Assembly: GCA_963696385.1 (NCBI GenBank)
Contig: CAVOKF010000007.1
Span: 672,001 to 736,000 of the forward strand
Reading direction: 5' to 3'
Length of the DNA stretch: 64,000 nucleotides
Source of the DNA: an uncultured delta proteobacterium
GTDB lineage: Bacteria; Myxococcota_A; Polyangia; Polyangiales; Polyangiaceae
The notes beneath the pieces were generated by a model. The model saw only the letters and a program-made list of their open reading frames with translations. It was not told the DNA's origin and searched no databases. The translations under genes were made by a program, and so were the position numbers. Positions 60,596-64,000 of this stretch are shown here, piece by piece (position 1 is the first letter of the stretch; every line of letters starts with the position of its first letter).

Positions 60596-62866
60596 CTAAA
60601 ACTCCGCGCCGACGCTCAGTCGCTTGAGCTTGGCACCACGGACCCACCAATCGAAGACCAGCCTCGTGCAGAACACGCCGGTGAACAGGCTGCACAAGAT
60701 GCCCACGATGAGCGTCACGGCGAACCCCTTGACCGGCCCGCTGCCGTACTGCGCCAGAATGAGACCGGTGATGAGGACGGTCATGTGACCGTCGATGATC
60801 GACGGCCATGCGCGCGAGTATCCGGCGTCGACCGCCGAACGAACCGTTTTGCCCGTCCGCAGCTCCTCGCGGATGCGCTCGTTGATGAGAACGTTCGCGT
60901 CGACACTCATCCCGAGCGTCAGCGTCAGGCCGGCGATGCCCGGCAGCGTCATCGTCGCGCCGAAACTCGCGAGCACCGCGAGCTGCAGCATCAAGTTGAA
61001 CATGACCCCGATGTCGGCGACGATTCCCGACTTGCGGTAGTACAGGAACATGAAGAGCAGCACGGCGGTCGACCCGATGAGACCGCCTTTGAGCGCCTCT
61101 TTGATCGAGTCGCGTCCGAGCGACGGACCGATCGTCTGCTCCGAGCTCGGAGTGATCGGCGCGGGAAGCGCTCCTGACCGGAGAACGAGCTCGAGCTGTT
61201 TTGCGTCGTGCAGCTGCTTTTCCGGATCGCCCGCGCCCATCGTGATGGTCGCCCTGCCCCCGCCGATTTTCTGTTTGATGACCGGTGCGGAGTCGACCAT
61301 GTCGTCGAGAATGATGGCAAAACGCCGATCGACGTTCGCGCCCGTCACTTCTTCGAAACGGTCGGCGCCCGCGGGCGAGAACGACAGGAGCACGTAGTAT
61401 TGGCCGAAGTTCTGCTGGTCCTGCCCGATGCTCGCGTCCGTGATGTAGTCGCCCGTGAGCTCGGCGCGGCCGAACAAATACAAGGTTCTCCAGCCGACTT
61501 GCTTGAATTGCAGCGGTTCGGTCCCCTCAACGGGCTCGGTGACCCCCTCGAACCCGACCACGTGATCGTCGGGAATCGTGAGCGTTTTGGTCCACGCCTT
61601 GAAGCGAGCCAGGCAGTCGGTCAGCGTTTCGGTGGGGTACTTCGGCGGCTGGCAGGACAATCGCGTGTAGAACGCGCGCGTCGACTTGCGGTGGCCGGAG
61701 GCGTCGAGCCCGTCGGGGGCAACCTCTTGGTATTGCGCGATGCCTTCACCATCGGGAATTTCGTCGGCTTTCAACGCGGGCGGCCCGAAGACCTTTTCGC
61801 TGCCGCCGTCGTCGACCATTTTGAACTCGAGCCGGGCCGTCCGCCGAATCGTGTCTTTGATCTCGCGGAAACTTTCTTCATTGCTTCCCGGCACTTCGAC
61901 GATGATGTCCTCGTCGCGCGTCGTGACGGAGGCTTCGCGCAACCCGAGACCGTCGACGCGACGCGAGACCGTATCCTTTGCTTGGGCGACCGCACGATCG
62001 CGAATTTGCGACTCGACGTCGGCGCGGATTTTGAAAGTCGTCTCGTCGTCGCCCGGGCCGGGTGACTGCGAAAGCTCGCCCACGAATTTTCTCAGGAACC
62101 GATCGTCGAGTTTGGACTTGTCGCTTCGGTCCTTGAACTTGAGCCGGATGATCGCCGTTTCGGGTTGCGCGACGTGAACTCTCTCCTCGAGCTTCGCGAG
62201 CTCGTCGCGGGTCACACGGCCCTGACCCGAGTGAAAGGCAAACGACGTCGCGAGCTCCTGACGCATCTCGTCGGCAAAGTGGTCGCGCTTGTCGCGAATG
62301 GCCTCGTCGACCTCGACGGTATAAACCAGGCGAAGCCCGCCGCTCAGGTCGAGACCTGGCGCAATCGCAAAGGTCTCATTTTCTTTGAGGAACGCGGGGC
62401 AGTGGAGCCGACTCCCGATGAAGCGTCCCGCGGCCGCAAGGGGCGTCATCCACGACGGGCCGATGGGCAGGGGCGTGTCGGCGCGCGGCAGAATTCCGTC
62501 GAAGGTGGGCCACAGCGCGAGGAAAGCCCCAACGAACATGGCGGCGACGAACCCCACCTTGAGTCGCCAAGGACCGTCCATGACGGGCAGAAGCGAGAAG
62601 GACGCCCAAACGGCACCGAGCCCGGCGACGAGCAGGCCCCAAAAGTTGTCGAAGTGATAAAAAAGCGCGCCCGAACCAATCGCGAGCACGATGGCGAGGA
62701 GCGCATTGCGGCGCGCCGGAGTCTTCACGGTCCAGACGCAGAAGCCCATGACGGCCGCGGTCGCACCGACGACGGCGAGCGGGTCGCCGCGCAAGAACAC
62801 GGCGAGCGTGCCCAACGCAACGGCGAGCGCTCCGCTCAGGATGGCGAGGACGCTTTTCTTCGGCAT
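60596..62866 (-). CDS. secD: Protein translocase subunit SecD with N-terminal membrane extension
   Basis: GLDLSGG, RRVDGLG, LRSGALPA, IGPSLG, TLPGIAG, DANVLINERIREE. Confidence 0.97.
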   Translation of the reverse strand: MPKKSVLAILSGALAVALGTLAVFLRGDPLAVVGATAAVMGFCVWTVKTPARRNALLAIVLAIGSGALFYHFDNFWGLLVAGLGAVWASFSLLPVMDGPWRLKVGFVAAMFVGAFLALWPTFDGILPRADTPLPIGPSWMTPLAAAGRFIGSRLHCPAFLKENETFAIAPGLDLSGGLRLVYTVEVDEAIRDKRDHFADEMRQELATSFAFHSGQGRVTRDELAKLEERVHVAQPETAIIRLKFKDRSDKSKLDDRFLRKFVGELSQSPGPGDDETTFKIRADVESQIRDRAVAQAKDTVSRRVDGLGLREASVTTRDEDIIVEVPGSNEESFREIKDTIRRTARLEFKMVDDGGSEKVFGPPALKADEIPDGEGIAQYQEVAPDGLDASGHRKSTRAFYTRLSCQPPKYPTETLTDCLARFKAWTKTLTIPDDHVVGFEGVTEPVEGTEPLQFKQVGWRTLYLFGRAELTGDYITDASIGQDQQNFGQYYVLLSFSPAGADRFEEVTGANVDRRFAIILDDMVDSAPVIKQKIGGGRATITMGAGDPEKQLHDAKQLELVLRSGALPAPITPSSEQTIGPSLGRDSIKEALKGGLIGSTAVLLFMFLYYRKSGIVADIGVMFNLMLQLAVLASFGATMTLPGIAGLTLTLGMSVDANVLINERIREELRTGKTVRSAVDAGYSRAWPSIIDGHMTVLITGLILAQYGSGPVKGFAVTLIVGILCSLFTGVFCTRLVFDWWVRGAKLKRLSVGAEF

Positions 62867-62891
62867 GTCGTTCTCGAGCCGCCGGCGCGGA

Positions 62892-63307
62892 TCACTTCTT
62901 TTCCGGTAGCGCCTTGGCTTCCTTCAGATCTTTGGCCGGGACCTTCTCCGGCTCGACGAAGGGCGACACCGTATTGGCGACGATCTGCAGCGTGACACCC
63001 GCGGCGACCTTCACTTTCGCGATGCGGTCATCCATCTCGACCAGCTCGCCGATGAGCCCCGCATTGGTCATCACCCGATCCCCCTTCTTGAGCGAGGCGC
63101 GCGCCGCCGATTCTTTCTTTTGTCGACGCGACATCAGCAAGAAGAAAGGCACGAAGATGACCAGCATCACCAGAATCGGCAGAAATCCGGCAACGGGCGA
63201 TCCGGCGGGCGGCCCCGCGGCGGGACCGGGGAAGAGTCTTGGACCACCCCCGGCACCGCGGCCTTTGGCTGGACGTTCTGGGCGAGCAACAGGTCGTTGG
63301 AGAGCAT
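62892..63307 (-). CDS. yajC: Preprotein translocase subunit YajC; probable frameshift at ~63230
   Basis: TM then RRQKK..LKKGDRVMTNAGLIG; ATG 63307 joins if one C is added in a C4 run; synteny with secDF. Confidence 0.9.
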
Positions 63308-63578
63308 GGGGGAGGACACGGGTACGGCTCCACAAAAGAGCGCGTCCGGCGGGGTCCAGACGCGGCCGCGGGTGGATAGTCCTGGGCTGCGGTGCCGTCA
63401 ACCCGCAGCGGCACCCGCGGACCCGCAGCTCGGCCGCCGGCATGCCGGGGTGACGAACGCCGTCTCTCGCGCGTCTCTGACAAGGGCCGCCGCGTGTTCG
63501 ACCCCATTTTCACGCAAAGCTGGTCCGTAGCCTTCGCAAGTGGCACGCTATCCAGACCTGGCGCTCAGGCGCTCCCCG

Positions 63579-64000
63579 ATGCTGCGTCGATCCTCCGTCC
63601 TCGTCATCGTCACGGCCGCAGCGTCCGGGCTCGGCCTGGCGCGGGTCGCCCACGGAGTCGGCGAGTCGCGCGCTGGCATCGCCGCGCACGCGACCTTCGC
63701 GGCGACATCGCCTTTCGCCGCCATCGTCTCTGCCGGCGACGAGGGCGAACACGACGAACCGCATGCGGGCGGGGCGAGCGACAACCCCTACGAAGAGTCC
63801 GCCTCCTCGCCGGCCCGCGCGGCAGTGGCCCGGGTGCCTGTGGTCTTCGAGGGCGGAATGCTGCGCCTGCCCGGCGGCCGCTTCGTCATGGGCTCGCTCA
63901 ACGCGCGCAGCCCAGCCAACGAGCGCCCCTCGCGACCCACGACCGTGGGGGCGTTCTGGATGGATCGCACCGAAGTCACTGTGGGGGCGTACCGCACATG
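63579..64000 (+). CDS. FGE-sulfatase (formylglycine-generating enzyme family) domain protein, partial
   Basis: Not in ORF track. Manual translation: signal-like N-terminus, MLRLPGGRFVMGS..NERP..VGAFWMDRTEVT. Confidence 0.85.
   Translation, partial: MLRRSSVLVIVTAAASGLGLARVAHGVGESRAGIAAHATFAATSPFAAIVSAGDEGEHDEPHAGGASDNPYEESASSPARAAVARVPVVFEGGMLRLPGGRFVMGSLNARSPANERPSRPTTVGAFWMDRTEVTVGAYRT

Noticed and set aside
63541..63556. Sigma54 promoter TGGCACG before the FGE-domain gene
   Set aside because: No GC at the -12 position with correct spacing

Overview
High-GC bacterial window, most likely Myxococcota/Polyangiales (inferred from Asp-Ala/Asp-Gly-rich lipoproteins, TonB-domain-fused receptors, an ECF/anti-sigma triplet and a receiver-Hanks kinase fusion). 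The first ~22 kb is a metal/corrinoid acquisition region. It holds a cobalamin riboswitch heading an operon of a BtuB-like receptor plus three lipoproteins (two propeller-like, one BtuH-like), cbiX, a vapBC pair and cobQ. It also holds two TonB-domain-fused TonB-dependent receptors, a split two-component system, tonB and a NiCoT permease. Three of these uptake genes share a 28-bp NikR-like palindrome (GTAGCAY-N14-GTRYTAC). The middle is accessory: ECF modules, POTRA-less Omp85 genes (one coupled to a kinase-like lipoprotein), a nucleotidyltransferase pair, MFS, kup, an IgGFc-binding lipoprotein, SCO/CusF and two inverted paralogous basic proteins with matching promoters. After tRNA-His(GTG) come core genes (metB-like, mlaD/mlaF, recJ, secF, secD, yajC). 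About 11 single-base frameshifts in otherwise intact genes suggest long-read assembly errors. No CRISPR array, integrase or transposase was seen. Family calls come from motif recognition only; no searches were run.
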